Under the pieces are notes generated by a model that saw only the letters and a list, made by a program, of their open reading frames with translations, was not told the DNA's origin and made no database searches. From the NCBI GenBank assembly GCA_010405405.1, contig MU004230.1:530627-594626 (forward strand): a DNA stretch of 64,000 nt, written 5' to 3'. The DNA comes from Microthyrium microscopicum (Eukaryota). This document shows, piece by piece, positions 1 through 12,587 of this stretch (the first letter of the stretch is position 1; every line of letters begins with the position of its first letter). Position numbers and translations under genes: made by a program.

Positions 1-147
1 GCTGCGCCTGGTAGCTCAAGCTGGATATAGGGATGCCTTGCATGAGTGAGCAAGTAGTTTGAGGAGGGAGGATGCTGCTTCTGTTGGTTGTAGAGTATAC
101 CCAGGTAGCTCAATGCAGTGCCTTGAATGCTGATTTGGTAAGCAGTA

Positions 148-910
148 TCAGTCTTGCTCTATTATTTCGAGGATGTGAGTGTTCTTAATTCGACATGATT
201 CTCCTGCTCCACAACCAAGCTCGGCTCGGGCTTGGTCATAATCGCCATGGAACTTCATAGAAGCTATTATGGTGGCTGCTTCCTCGCACGGGCGATCAGT
301 GTAGTCGACAGGATGTAGATTTGTGACGGTTTGAGGAGTGGTCATGACCTCTTGACGAAGCTCAACCTTAGCATTTGTTGATTTTTGCTGACAGCTAGAA
401 TCTGATGCGGCAATGGTCATGGGTATTTTGGATGGCTTTGTGTCCTGTGATGTTGGCGATAAGATTGTGCTAGGAGACGGAATAGATGCAGTTGAAATGG
501 TGCCCTTTTGGCATCCGCGAGATTCTGTGAAGCACGTCTTGACCGCAGGAAAAGGCGAGTAAAGATTTGTCTCCCCGGCCTGGAGCATAAAATCGTTGAT
601 TTCCTGATCCAAGACCCCTTTCCGTCTCAGTAATGTCCGCAGCAATTCATTTTCCCTAGCAACCTTGCGTGCAACATGCTGAAGTTCTACCGATGCCTGA
701 ACTCCATTTCTTTCATACTCAGCTAGTCTTGCTGCTAGATCTTCTATACGCTCCTTTTTTCGTAGCCTGGAGTTGCGTTGATTGTCCCGTAATCGGATGG
801 AGGCTGGGATGGACGATTTCTGCTCAAGGGTCAGCGATGAGGGCTCGCAGGCTGATGTTGACAGAGGCGCAAGCGGGACAAGGAGATGAAAGACGCACCT
901 GTCTCGCCAT
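148..910 (-). CDS. bZIP transcription factor with C-terminal Cys motif (~227 aa; exons 910-899 and 819-148)
   Basis: Basic region/zipper IRLRDNQRNSRLRKKERIEDLAARLAEYERNGVQASVELQHVARKVARENELLRTLL. Intron 898-820 has a GTGCGT donor, GCTGAC branch and CAG acceptor, joining ATG GCG AGA CAG in frame to the long ORF. C-terminal C-EEAATIIASM...LGC...C motif. Confidence 0.85.
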
Positions 911-1247
911 GGTTCATTCAATGATCTACTTAGCTTTGCAATCTCGTATAACCCGCTAGCCGAACGTTGTTGTGAATGGCTAGAGCCGCAAGAAGCTCGA
1001 ATTGAAATTGTGTAGACACAAGAGAGTTCTGATTGGTCGACTTTTTGCCTCAAAATCATAGAGATCCGATCCGATCTGATATAATTTCTTCCATGTCGCT
1101 TTACGAAACTCTCCTAAATAATTTTGAATACCCTTCCAAACACTTGCACTTTAATACTAGTATCTGGAATTACTGAGGTCTTCTTCTGGACCAACTAGTA
1201 CCACAGGTTCCGAATATAACTTCAGGTTACTTGCGAAGAAGATTCAA

Positions 1248-2526
1248 ATGTCACTTGATGCAGAAGACTTGGAGAAGAACTCCAAGGCTGTGCAACCTAA
1301 TGAAATAAGTACACTCCAGCCTATTCTATCCGCTATCATAATGTATGCTGACGTCTCCAAGACGAGCTCACCGACCACACTTCAGAGCAAGCTCCGCTCA
1401 AGGCACTATCATTCCTCGATCGCTTTCTAGTAATATGGATTATCCTCGCAATGGCAATCGGAATTTTACTCGGCAACTTCGTTAAGTCAACAGGACCAGA
1501 CTTACAGAAAGGCCAATTTGTCGGTGTGAGCATACCTATTGGTAAGTCTAAGCTAGATCTGAATGTGTACAGTACTCATTTACCCTTTTAGCTGTCGGCC
1601 TTCTTGTAATGATGTACCCCATTCTCTGCAAGGTGAAGTACGAGTCACTGCATCTCCTCCTTCGCAAAAAAGACCTTTGGATCCAAGTCGGAATATCTTT
1701 TGTGTTGAACTGGATCATTGCACCTCTTTTCATGGTCGGACTTGCATGGGCCTTCCTTCCAGACCGACAAGATCTTCGTGAGGGCTTGATATTTGTCGGA
1801 ATCGCTAGATGCATTGCCATGGTGTTGATATGGACAGATCTTGCAAACGGAGATGGAGATTATTGCGCTGTCTTGGTCGCTTTCAACTCCATTCTGCAAA
1901 TCATCCTGTTCGCACCTTTTGCGATATTCTATATCAACATCGTAAGCCACTCGAAAGAACTGGTCACTGTAAGCTACTCAAAGGTAGCAACAAGCGTTGC
2001 GGTGTTCCTAGGTAAGATGATCCACTCCCAGGTCAGTATTATTCCGACTAATTCTACCATAGGAATACCTCTCGCAGCCGCCATCCTGACCAGAGTAGCG
2101 CTGAAGCCAACGATAGGAGAAAAGAAATATCAGAAACTCATGGGCATCATCGGGCCAATATCACTTATTGGGCTACTGTACACGATCATCGTACTCTTCG
2201 CCTCCCAAGGAGCACACGTTGTGCATCAGATCACCTCCGTGTTGCGGGTGTGCGCGCCACTGATTGTGTACTTCTTCTGCATGTTCAGTCTTACCGTCTT
2301 TCTGTGTTGGAAGCTTGGATTCGGTTACAGAGTTAGCTGCACGCAAAGCTTTACAGCTGCAAGTAATAACTTTGAACTCGCCATTGCAGTAGTGGTCGCT
2401 GTATATGGTGTTAGCAGTGGGCAAGCACTGGCGAGTACTGTTGGACCGTTGATCGAAGTGCCAGTCCTAGTCGCTTTGGTGTATGTGTTAAAGTGGATTC
2501 GCAAGAGATGGGGTTGGGAAGATTGA
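1248..2526 (+). CDS. ACR3: Arsenite/antimonite efflux transporter, ACR3 family (3 introns)
   Basis: Spliced translation gives LSFLDRFLVIWIILAMAIGILLGNF, GLLVMMYPILCKVKYE, ARCIAMVLIW (conserved Cys), SFTAASNNFELAIAV and VGPLIEVPVL, all ACR3 hallmarks. GT..AG introns near 1309-1361, 1542-1590 and 2012-2061. Confidence 0.95.
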
Positions 2527-2774
2527 AAGCATAATCTTTGATGCTCGTATATTAGCAATAACAAAGAATCGTCAAATGCCGATAAATATCTGAATATTGA
2601 AAACATCGGGCTGAAGTTTCTTCCATCTCATTGGCAGAAATTTATCCATTGGCTGTGGCAAACCAGAGTCGATATCGGAGCATTAGCTTGGATATCTCGC
2701 CGAGATTGTTATCAAGCTGAAAGCACCTTATTGATAACACCCCATAATTCCCTTCAGAAGCTCTCATACAAAAA

Positions 2775-3562
2775 ATGGAGAGCGATCCAGGATTCCAAGC
2801 TGCTCTTTCAGAGGCCCGCGCAGGCCACGAAGAAGGAGGTGTTCCAATCGGAGCATGCTTAGTCGCTGCCGATGGAACCATACTTGGCAAGGGGAGGAAC
2901 GAAAGAATGCAAAAGGGGAGTGCAACACTACATGTAAGCTTCGAAGTTTTGTGACGATGGTCAGTATTTGACAGGATTTGGCTAAGGTCTCCTGTCTGTT
3001 AGGGCGAGACTGCTGCATTCGAGAATGCTGGGAGATTATCTGGAAAAACTGTCAAAGGTTCCACTATGTATACGACTTTATCACCTTGTGACATGTGTAC
3101 TGGTGCATGTCTTTTGTACAATGTTACGAGAGTAGTGATAGGGTACAGTCACTCATATCAATGGTGACATCCAGCTAACTGATCCCCAGAGAAAACAAAA
3201 CGTATTTGGGAGGCGAAGCGTATTTGAAACAGCGCGGTGTTGAAGTCATTGTGCTCGATAATGCTGAATGCAAATCAATGTGAGCACTGCTCATTTAAGC
3301 CATGGAGTTTGATGTAACTTGATCATCCGATGAAATGCTGTACAGCAATTTTGCGGAAGAACTAGTTATTCTGGGCACACTCCAAGCGCAGCTCCATACT
3401 CACGAAATTTAGGATGGCGGATTTTATCAAAAAGAATCCTGCAGAATGGTATGTACACCTCTTTTGCATTCATGTACATTTTTGTATCTTTTATTCATTC
3501 ATTCATGGATAGGGCTGACGTGGTTCCTCACACCCAGGAATGAGGACATTGGAAAAGATTGA
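2775..3562 (+). CDS. FCY1: Cytosine deaminase (4 introns)
   Basis: Spliced: MESDPGFQAALSEARAGHEEGGVPIGACLV...SATLH|GETAAFENAG...YTTLSPCDMCTGA...W|NEDIGKD*. Contains the HxE and PCxxC zinc motifs and the WxEDIG C-terminus of fungal Fcy1. Missed by the ORF track because the exons are short. Confidence 0.92.
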
Positions 3563-3567
3563 CGAGT

Positions 3568-4826
3568 CTAGCTGGTGGTACGGCGGATCTCTTCGAAGAA
3601 GAATCTGAGATCTTCAGGATTCACGAAAGGTGTGATTCCTAGGACAGTTAGCATCAGAGTATGTAGGACAATATCATCCAAGCATCATACCATGTCCTAA
3701 ATTGGCAATCCAGCCTTGTTTTCCACCACCGAATCCCGCGGTCATCTCCTCAACGACCTTTGTTATGGCAGCTCTGCCTCCATATAAGACGCCTGGGTCC
3801 GCATTACCTTGTACCGTCTTTCCATGAGCCCTTGCAATTTGATATGTCTTTGCAGGATCATGCAACCAGTCGAGTCCAATGACATCGTAATTGGTCTTGC
3901 AAAGGTCCTCTAGAGCATACCATGCTCCTTTTGCAAAGACAGTCAGAGGCACAGGCTCAAGGCCCTTTGACTTTAAGCGTTCTGGGAGTTCATCTGCTAT
4001 GCGGATCAGGTATGGTAAAGAGAAATCCTTGAAACTGGATGGCGAAAGCTCTCCTGCCCAGGAGTCAAACACCTGGAGCATCTGAGCGCCAGCTTCAACC
4101 TGTAGAGCTAGGTACTCCACGCAAAGAGTCGCAATCTTGTCAATGATATCTTTGCTTCCTTGTGGGTGCTTGAAAATCCACGTCTTTACTTCTTTGAAGA
4201 TTTTGCTCCCTCCACCTTCGATCATGTAGCAAAATAACGTCCATGGTGCGCCACAGAATCCAATGAGAGGGACTCTTCCGTCGAGCTTCTGTCTTGTCAT
4301 TGTGATAGCCGCATATACATAGTCCAGCTCTTTCTTCACATCGACTTCGCGAGCCATGACTTCTTTGTACTGTGGGTCTTCTGGAGAAGTCAATGGCGCG
4401 GGGAAGTGTGGCCCCTTTTTGTCAACCATGACGACTTCCATGCCCATTGCTTGTGGTATAACGAGGATATCAGAGAAAATGATTGCAGCATCAATTAGTC
4501 CGGCGAATCGTTCGATTGGCTGAAGTGTGATGGTCGAAGCGATCTCCGGCGACCGGCAACACTCGAAAAAATCTCTCTTCCCTTTGGCCTCATGGTACTC
4601 GGGCAGGTATCGACCAGCTGAAAATCTGTTAGATCAATTGATGCACCAGATAAAAGGGGATCGCATATTTATATGTACCTTGTCTCATCACCCACATTGG
4701 CGCTTTCTCCACCTTCTCGCCTGTACATCAATGAGTTGGTACCTGCGTTGCTTGTTTCAATGAGGTCTTACCTCTCGCCGTTCGAAGAAGCAAGTCATTT
4801 TTCAGGGGCGCAAATTGAGGAGCCAT
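3568..4826 (-). CDS. HEM12: Uroporphyrinogen decarboxylase (intron-containing)
   Basis: MAPQFAPLKNDLLLRTARG, WVMRQ|AGRYLPEY, AAIIFSDILVIPQAMG, LIGFCGAPWTLFCYMIEG, QVFDSWAG, IANLGHG|ITPFVNPE. Stop codon at 3570-3568. Confidence 0.95.
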
Positions 4827-5118
4827 CTTTCGGAGAATATCTTTAAAATCAGAACACTCAATGGCTATTCTAACAATGTTGGTGATCTGTGTAAAGACAC
4901 AAAAAATGATAAAATCGAATAGCGATTGGGCCGACGTCAGTGGCGTCAAACCCCATAGAGAAGCGCCACGCGAGCCTGTCAGCCAATCATGTAAGACCTC
5001 TCTTTAGACGCGACTTTTTGATGGCTGCGCGTTGCAAAAGGAGATATAATCGTCCATCACAGCTTCCGAAAAGCGGGGACCAAGATCTAATGGGAGATGA
5101 CCAAAGAAAAGCTAGGAG

Positions 5119-8100
5119 ATGCGTATTCGTGGATATGATGCCAGACGGCTGACTCAAATATCGAGGCGCTTTTCATCACGACCACCAGTTCGGCCAAGGA
5201 TTCACACATCATGGGAGACATCGGCCACTCACTCTGTATCATCCAGTATAGTGTGGAGCCGTGGTGCAAAGAGAGTCACCGAAGCAACTCTCCTGGACAT
5301 TTCGCAAGGTCCACTACCCAAGAAAGCTGGAGAAGATGACATATCAAAAGACGAGGCTCCGGTCTATCCAACAGTTGTTCAGCAAGCCTTGAACAACATG
5401 CGGAAGTTCTCCCAATGTGTCGTCTTGACAAGAGTAGGGAACTTTTACGAGTTGTACTTTGATCAAGCAGATGAGTTTGGTCCAATTCTAAACCTCAAGG
5501 CCAGCATTAAGAAGACAAATGCAGGCCCCGTCTCCATGACTGGGTTTCCATACTTTCAGCTCGACCGCTACTTGAAAATTCTCGTTCAGGATCAGAATCG
5601 ATATGTTGCAATCAGCGAAGAATTTGCCAATTCTGCGTCCGCCAAAGTCAAATCTGGGGGTCTCTTGTTTGATCGCAAAGTCACTAGAGTCATAACACCA
5701 GGAACACTCATTGATGAGAAGTTTATGGATCCATGGGAGAACAACTTTCTTCTAAGCATTCATTCAAGCGACTTTGGCAATGGCGTTACAACCACAGGCA
5801 ATAGCGACTCTCCAGTGCCAATTACTTTGGGTCTAGCATGGCTGGATCTTTCTAGCGGAGACTTTTTTACCCAAAGTACGGATATCGGAGCTCTCTCCTC
5901 AGCCCTGGCTCGGATAGGGCCCCGTGAAGTAGTACTGGATCGCGGCTTTGCAGATCAGAGGTCAGCAGAACTCAAAGCTGTGCTGGCAGAAGGTCGCTAT
6001 GTTGTCACCTATCACAACGGCAGCCAGTTGGGTTCAGTGGAAACCTGGGGCTGTATGCTTGAAGATAGTGGAGCGACCACTGAAGCTAGCAAGTTTAGCA
6101 AAACAGAAGTCGAGGCAGGAAACTTACTTCTACAATATGTTAATACAAGGCTCATGGGAGAAGCACCAAAACTTCGGCCACCAATTCAAAGACATAACGA
6201 GGAGTACATGGCGATCGACAAGAATAGTGTCAAAGCGTTAGAAATCAGAGAAACACTAAGAGATGGGTTGCTCGAGGGAAGTCTCCTGCACGCAGTTCGA
6301 CGTACGGTAACCAAAAGTGGACATAGACTTTTGTGGCAAAGACTAAGTATGGACTTGCAACCTCACGGACTGAATCGTGCTAACATGTCAAGTTTCACCC
6401 TCGACGTCTTTGCAAGAGATCAATCATCGATTAGATCTGGTTTCTGAGCTACTCCATAATCCAAATCTTCGTAGTAACCTTGTCAGTCTACTTCGTATGA
6501 CATCCGACAGCTGGAGGCTTTTACAGAAGTTTTCATTTGGACGTGGTGATCCAGATGATTTGTTAGGACTGGCTCGCACTATTCAGGTCACTACTCAGAT
6601 TACTGAACTGCTCCAACGTCACATACTGGACCCCGAGTATGTTGATTCCAGTCCACTTGTTCAAGCATCAATGCAGGAATCAGTCAAAAAGCTTTTGGAC
6701 AGGCTTGAAACAAACGACACTAATGCTTTAGCTCAACTCATCTTTGAAGCCATTGATGAAGAAAAGGTGACTGAGAAGCAAAGAATGGAAGATGACGAGG
6801 CAGCCAATGTAATACAAATGGCAGAAACAGTCTTAATTAGTGCTGGGGAGCAAGTGAAAGCTAAATCCAAAGCCAAGAAAGCTGCTGTTGAAAAAGACAG
6901 AGACAGCATACTTCCGAGCGAAGTATGGATAATGCATCCAAGGTTGGTACATCCCAATCCATGATCGTCTGGTTTCTAATATAATCTAGTGCGAGTCCCA
7001 CGCTGCAGAAGCTTCATACACAACTTGAAGAGCTATGGCTAGAAATGGAGAATCTTTCCAAAGATCTACGCGAGACCTCTGGCGCTCAATCACTTACACT
7101 CAAATGGACCCCTGGCCTTGGTCACATAATACACTTGAAAGGGAAAGACGCTTCTGCATCTCTGTCTGCTCTGGGCCTTGACAACGTACGAGCAGTCAAA
7201 TCCTCCCAGTCCACCAGATCGATCCACCACCCGCGATGGACACAACTAGGTAATCGCATCGACGATGTCAAACTACGCATCCGCGGCGAAGAAAACAAAG
7301 TCTTCACCTCCCTCCGCGAAAAAGTCATCCTCAACATCGTCCGTCTCCGCCGCAACGCCGCCGTTCTCGACGAGCTCGACGTCGCCGCCTCATGGGCCAC
7401 CCTCGCCGAAGAACAACACCTCGTCCGCCCACTTCTAAACTATGGCACAGCCCACCACATCATCGCCGGCCGACATCCCACCGTCGAGCCCGGTCTCACA
7501 GCCCAAGGCCGCACTTTCACCCACAACGACTTACTCGTCGGCGAAGACATCACAGTCGACACTGACCATACAGCCACCACAAACCCACGTATCCTCCTCA
7601 TCACAGGCCCAAACATGGGCGGCAAATCCACCTACCTCCGTCAAAACGCACTCATAAGCATCCTCGCACAAACAGGCAGCTACGTCCCCGCCGCCTACGC
7701 ATCCATCGGCATCGTCGACGCAATCTACTCGCGCGTTGGCAGCGCAGATAACCTCTTCCAAGACCAATCCACATTCATGGTCGAAATGCTTGAAACGGCA
7801 CACATTCTACGTGCCGCAACACCACGCAGTTTTGTCGTAATGGATGAAGTAGGACGCGGAACAACGCCTGAAGATGGTATCGCAGTGGGATATGCGGCGC
7901 TACATCATTTATATAATGTCAATAAGTGTCGGGCGTTGTTTGCGACGCATTTTCATGCGTTGGCGGATATGACGGCGGGCTGGGATGGTGTCAAGTGCTG
8001 GTGTACAGATGTTACTGAGCATCAGGATGATGGGAAGGAAGGGTTTAGTTATGTGCATAGGCTCAGAGAGGGCGTGAATAGGGAGAGCCATGCGTTGAAG

Positions 8101-8229
8101 GTTGCTAGGTTGGCGGGGATGCCGGAGAGTGTGGTTGAGGTTGCAAGGGAAGTGCTTGTTGGGCTGAAGATGGATGTTGGTAATGAGTCGATATCTAAGG
8201 CGAAGACTGCTAGCTCTGCTGATGGATAG
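5119..8229 (+). CDS. MSH1: Mitochondrial MutS homolog (DNA mismatch repair); 2 introns (~6348-6391, ~6943-6989)
   Basis: Arg/Ser-rich N-terminal presequence; LTRVGNFYELY (MutS domain I); VTRVITPGTLIDE; Walker A ITGPNMGGKSTYLRQ; STFMVEM; MDEVGRGT; FATHFH. Three ORFs joined by GT..AG introns. Confidence 0.93.
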
Positions 8230-8539
8230 TGATGAGACTTTGTTGATATTATATTTGTACTATACCCAGAATCTCTGCTTGTATATACCATTGTTGATTA
8301 TAATCACCTTTGAAGACATGGCTGGAGGTTTGAGTTGAATATATCATTATGTTTATCCTACAATACTTTTCTCAAACATGACTGTGTAACCGTCATTTTT
8401 GAAGCTCGCATCCGTGCTGAAAATGCATACCGTGACACCAGTGCCATGTTATTATTCAGTGTCCTATCCCTCGCCATTGCTCGTTGCCCATTGCTTGTGG
8501 TGTATCAAAGAAATATCAAAAGTGCTGTCCAGTTCAAGC

Positions 8540-9226
8540 TCAGTCATGAACTGCTTCAGTTTGGTCTCCATTGTTTTCTCCGTTTGTCGAAATGTTCGCT
8601 GCTTCCCAAGCACTCAGCGGGTCGGCCCAGATCTCCTATAAGCAGTCAGCACATTCTTCATATCAATTGAATGCAAGCCAGCTTACCCATCTAGCAATCC
8701 TACCATCCTCATCAAACCCACATAGCCGATAAATAAACGTCTCGTTCCAACTCCATCCACTCCCCCGATGCTCAAAGTGTCCCTTCCCGGTAACACACAC
8801 CATGCCCTTCAACTCCAAACCCGCCACCTTCGTATCCGGATCCACACACAGCTCATCATCCGGTGGAAACGCCTCCTGACTCAACTTCATGCGCAGCGTA
8901 TGACCCAGTCTCTCAAAGTATTGCACACAACCTTCTCTTCCCTCAAACGTCTGTCCAAGAAAAGGAAGCTTCTTGCGTGCCCAATTGGGTCCATGCTCGA
9001 TGATAGTAGCGCCCTCTTCAACGAAGAAGGTGGAGACGAATGTATGTGCGTTGAATTCAGAGGAGCGCAGGGCCATGCAGAATGCGTGGGCGCATTTGCG
9101 GAGCATGGCGGAGCGGGACCATTGGGGACTGGGCGAGGAGAGTGGTTTGGGTACGTTGGCGGTTGAGGTGGTTGCTAAGGTTGATGGCATGGATGGTGCC
9201 GTTGGCATTGATGCAGTGGCAGACAT
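8540..9226 (-). CDS. Conserved fungal NTF2/SnoaL-like fold protein (1 intron near 8687-8637)
   Basis: ORF 9226-8663 with EHGPNWARKKLPFLGQTFEG and SWNETFIYRLCGFDEDGRIARW. A GTAAGC..TAG intron joins a final exon EIWADPLSAWEAA...HD*. Fold assignment is by resemblance only. Confidence 0.7.
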
Positions 9227-10237
9227 ATTGGCTGTTTTGTTGGTTATGTGGTTGAGGTTTGACGCCCTGAGGCTAAGTTTTTGTTATTGTCTGAGATGAC
9301 GATAGGACAAAGGCATTCAAGGGGACGATAGACGATAGGTAGGTAGTTGGAGTTGGGTTGTGGAGTAATTGGGTTGAGAGATGGGGTTTGTTGCACAAGG
9401 CTGTAACAAAGGCGGCAGATAATCAAGGTCTGGGGAGCACTTGGACGAAGATAGTTAGTCAAGCTAAAAAGAAGAGCTAATGAGAGATTGAGCGGGGAAA
9501 CAGTCTGGAAGCTGAGAGGACAGAAACCACTTGTGGAAATACGAGAGAAAGTGTAATTAAATAATTAGCACCGGGCGAAGCTTCTTTCTTACGCCTTGCC
9601 TTCGCCCCTTCCGTGGTGGGTATGAAGTCAATGGTGGAGTAGTGACGCAGTCTGCCCCAGAAATTGCCAGAAGAGTCGTTATCAAGCGAAGATCAACAAC
9701 CCTTAAACGTCAACAGTTCGTTGGACCCAGCCTCAGTCAGGGGCAAGCAAAGCCTTCAGCATTAAATTCCAGAAAAAGAAACACGGCCCGAGTCTTGCCT
9801 ATCAGTTCGGTCCGACATATCAAAGTGATGATGCTACACTCTTTCCTATTTCGGACACATTTGCTGAGCTGTGGATTTGACATGGGATTTCTTTACCATA
9901 TTTGCCAAGAAATACTGTTTATTTAAAGTGTGGTCTCTGTAAATCTTACATATGCAAGCCGGACCGTTCAGATGACCGTACCTCCTCGGTCTTTCAATTC
10001 TGAAAGTTCCGATTGTAGCTGGAGGAGCGCATACTTATCCATTAAATCTCTCTGTGACAACTTTGATGGTAGACTATGTCAATCCAACCAGAATTACAGC
10101 CCACTGCCACCTGTTAACTAGTATTTCACCTGAGAACTGAGACATGCCACTTTCGAAGTACCCCCTCTTCTCTCCTTACGCCTATCCTTTTGTGGTTTTG
10201 ACAAAGTAGACGTTTTGATATACACCAAGTCGAAAAT

Positions 10238-10826
10238 ATGATCCACCTTCAACATATTCTGGTCATGCCAGTAATTCTTGCTTGTCTTCCGGCTTTCATA
10301 AAGTCACAGCTTGTCATTCCAGGAATTATTCCTTATAAAGAAACGTACAAGGAGACGGAATCTACGATACGTAAGGGTTGAAAAGACAAATCGAGCTGTG
10401 CTGATATTTTAGCTCTTACTTCTCCAATTTGCGGCACTGCTGGCAGACTCCGAAGAGGCGTAGGTCTTGATACACTACTTCCATGGCAGTATCTCACTCA
10501 CATGTACCTCACAGACACCCTACAACATACATCCTCATTCTACCTTCGAGACTTGCCAAGAGAATTGCAAGCAATTTCCAAAATGCAGATCGTTTGGATA
10601 TGGAAGGCTGGATCACAACTGTCGCCTCTATAGAAAGGAACTAAGGCGAATGGACTTGATCGAGGATACTAGCGATGGCGTGAATAATGTCTATTATGAT
10701 GAGGGCTGCGCAGATGCGACTCCAGACTGGGCAGAAGCTGAAGGCCATGAGAGTGATTCGGATGAAGAGCATTGCGGATGCCAACAGCAATGTGGATGTG
10801 GAGGCAAGTGTGGATGCAATCATTGA
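10238..10826 (+). CDS. Small secreted PAN/apple-domain protein with acidic linker and Cys-rich tail (2 introns)
   Basis: Signal-peptide-like MIHLQHILVMPVILACLPAFIKS. Introns GTAAGG..TAG (~10371-10412) and GTAGGT..CAG (~10460-10515). PAN-like CGT...CQENCKQFPKCRSFGY...CRLY...YYDEGC; tail HCGCQQQCGCGGKCGCNH. Confidence 0.7.
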
Positions 10827-11843
10827 ACAAGTCTGCTGTGGGGAGTTGAAGCCTTACATCAAAGATAGTAATTGGCTACAGAAGTCTGGGAACAAGTCAG
10901 TGAACATTTCAAGGGGCTGAAGTTTTCCAACTACCTACCTAGTCAACTATCGTGAAATATTGCCGTTGAGTAAGACACTCATGGCCTACATATGGAAGCG
11001 CTTGTCCAGGATCATGGCCTTCTCGCTTGAGTTTCGAGTATTCAGGGATCCGTGATATCGACAAGAAGTCCAAGACAAAAGATTGAAAGTGTCTTACAAA
11101 ACCAGTCGTGGTCTATCGTGAACTTCTCATGAACGTGTTTGCTTCGCCGGTGAGAGCCATCTTATTCCTCGATCACCGCGGAGGGATACAGTCGACGATA
11201 GAGACAGCATGTACTTTGTACATGTAAACTTAAACAGTGCTGATGGTGTATAAGTCAACTGACTCACTATCTTCCATTTCGCGATGGCTGCAGATGGTTC
11301 GCAGGGGAGAGAAGACGGTGGTTACTGCATGTAGAGATACTTTACAGTAGGGGTTGGCGTATTCAATCAACAACCAATCAATCATGCATTCCCCGCGTAA
11401 ACTTGTCGATCAAATACCCTTTTAGAAGCAGTCTACAATACGCTAATGCGCTCCAAGCATTAATTAGCCGTTGGCGCTCAAGCCGCAGCATATCGAGATT
11501 GAACAATTCGGTATCAAATATCCTGGAGGCTTTTGCTCGAGTCTTGGTCAACTCCCTGGTCTCACCGACTCTCGCCCAGCAACCGCCCGGCTTATCTCTG
11601 CTCTTCATCTATTGTGAAATACAACTCGTGCTTCTAGGTACAACAATAACCTGCTCGAGTCTTTCCATCCCTTCCACTTCAGACGCCTCTCGGAGCTCTC
11701 GCCTTGCACTCGCCGCGTCAAGTGCGTCATACCAACACCGCGCTCACGCCTAGCGACGAAAACACCACACTCCGACACTCCGGTCCTTTATATCGTGTCT
11801 CATTGTAGACATTGCACGCTCACGTCGTATACGACTCGAAAAT

Positions 11844-12587
11844 ATGACCAGAAGAGTGGTATATGGAGTTGGAGTGTGGTGTACTGCGGCCGGTAAGAGT
11901 TCTAGGCAACCACTATCAATCTGTCCTCATGAGGCTAATTGTTCGTAGCCACGGCGATGACATTAGCCGCCATAATCATGCCGCGATGGGTTCATTTACA
12001 GAGCGTATGTTCATTCAAGCCTCGACGGCGCACTGCTAATCTCCTCTATCAGGGCCTTACTGGCGAAATAACAGTGAGCTACGGTCTACATAAAAAATGC
12101 TCGTCAGTTACCGGAACATGCGAACCCTTCCCAACCGATCAAGTCTGCACAAACGACGAGACGTTCTGTACAATGTGGAGGACCGTAGGCTTTCTCATGA
12201 GCTTTTCTGTTATCATTGAGCTTGCAACGTTTATCGCCTACGCGGTCGTCATAATTGGCGGAGTACAGCATAGAAGTTATGGCTGGAAGGTTGTTTGTTC
12301 GCTTCTTGGCTCTGCGAGTCTTGTACAAGCGGCAGGAATGGCGATAATTGTGAGTTTGAAACATCTGAACTTGCACTAAACTGTACTGATATTGACAGGC
12401 ATATGTCTTTGATCACGATGAGCGCTTCTTCCCAGGCTGGAAACTCGATGTTTCATGGGCGCTTTGCACCGCAAGTTGGAGTGTCCTCGCATTGACGGGT
12501 ATCGGCATTGGTGCTGCAACATATGCGCTTCCTGATGAAGGCGGCTACGAGTTAATACGCGGAGACGATGATGATTATGGATACTAG
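11844..12587 (+). CDS. Claudin/PMP22/SUR7-like four-TM membrane protein (3 introns)
   Basis: Spliced: MTRRVVYGVGVWCTAA|ATAMTLAAIIMPRWV...YGLHKKCSSVTGTCEPFP (claudin-like W..GL..C..C loop)...FCTMWRTVGFLMSF...GWKLDVSWALCT...EGGYELIRGDDDDYGY*. Confidence 0.8.

Noticed and set aside
911..1059. N-terminal extension of the 303-aa bZIP ORF in the track
   Set aside because: A canonical intron (898-820) and an ATG at 910 give a more plausible start; the upstream frame is probably open by chance.
11378..11753. ORFs of 76 and 116 aa upstream of the claudin-like gene
   Set aside because: They lie in the probable promoter/5' UTR and show no family signal.
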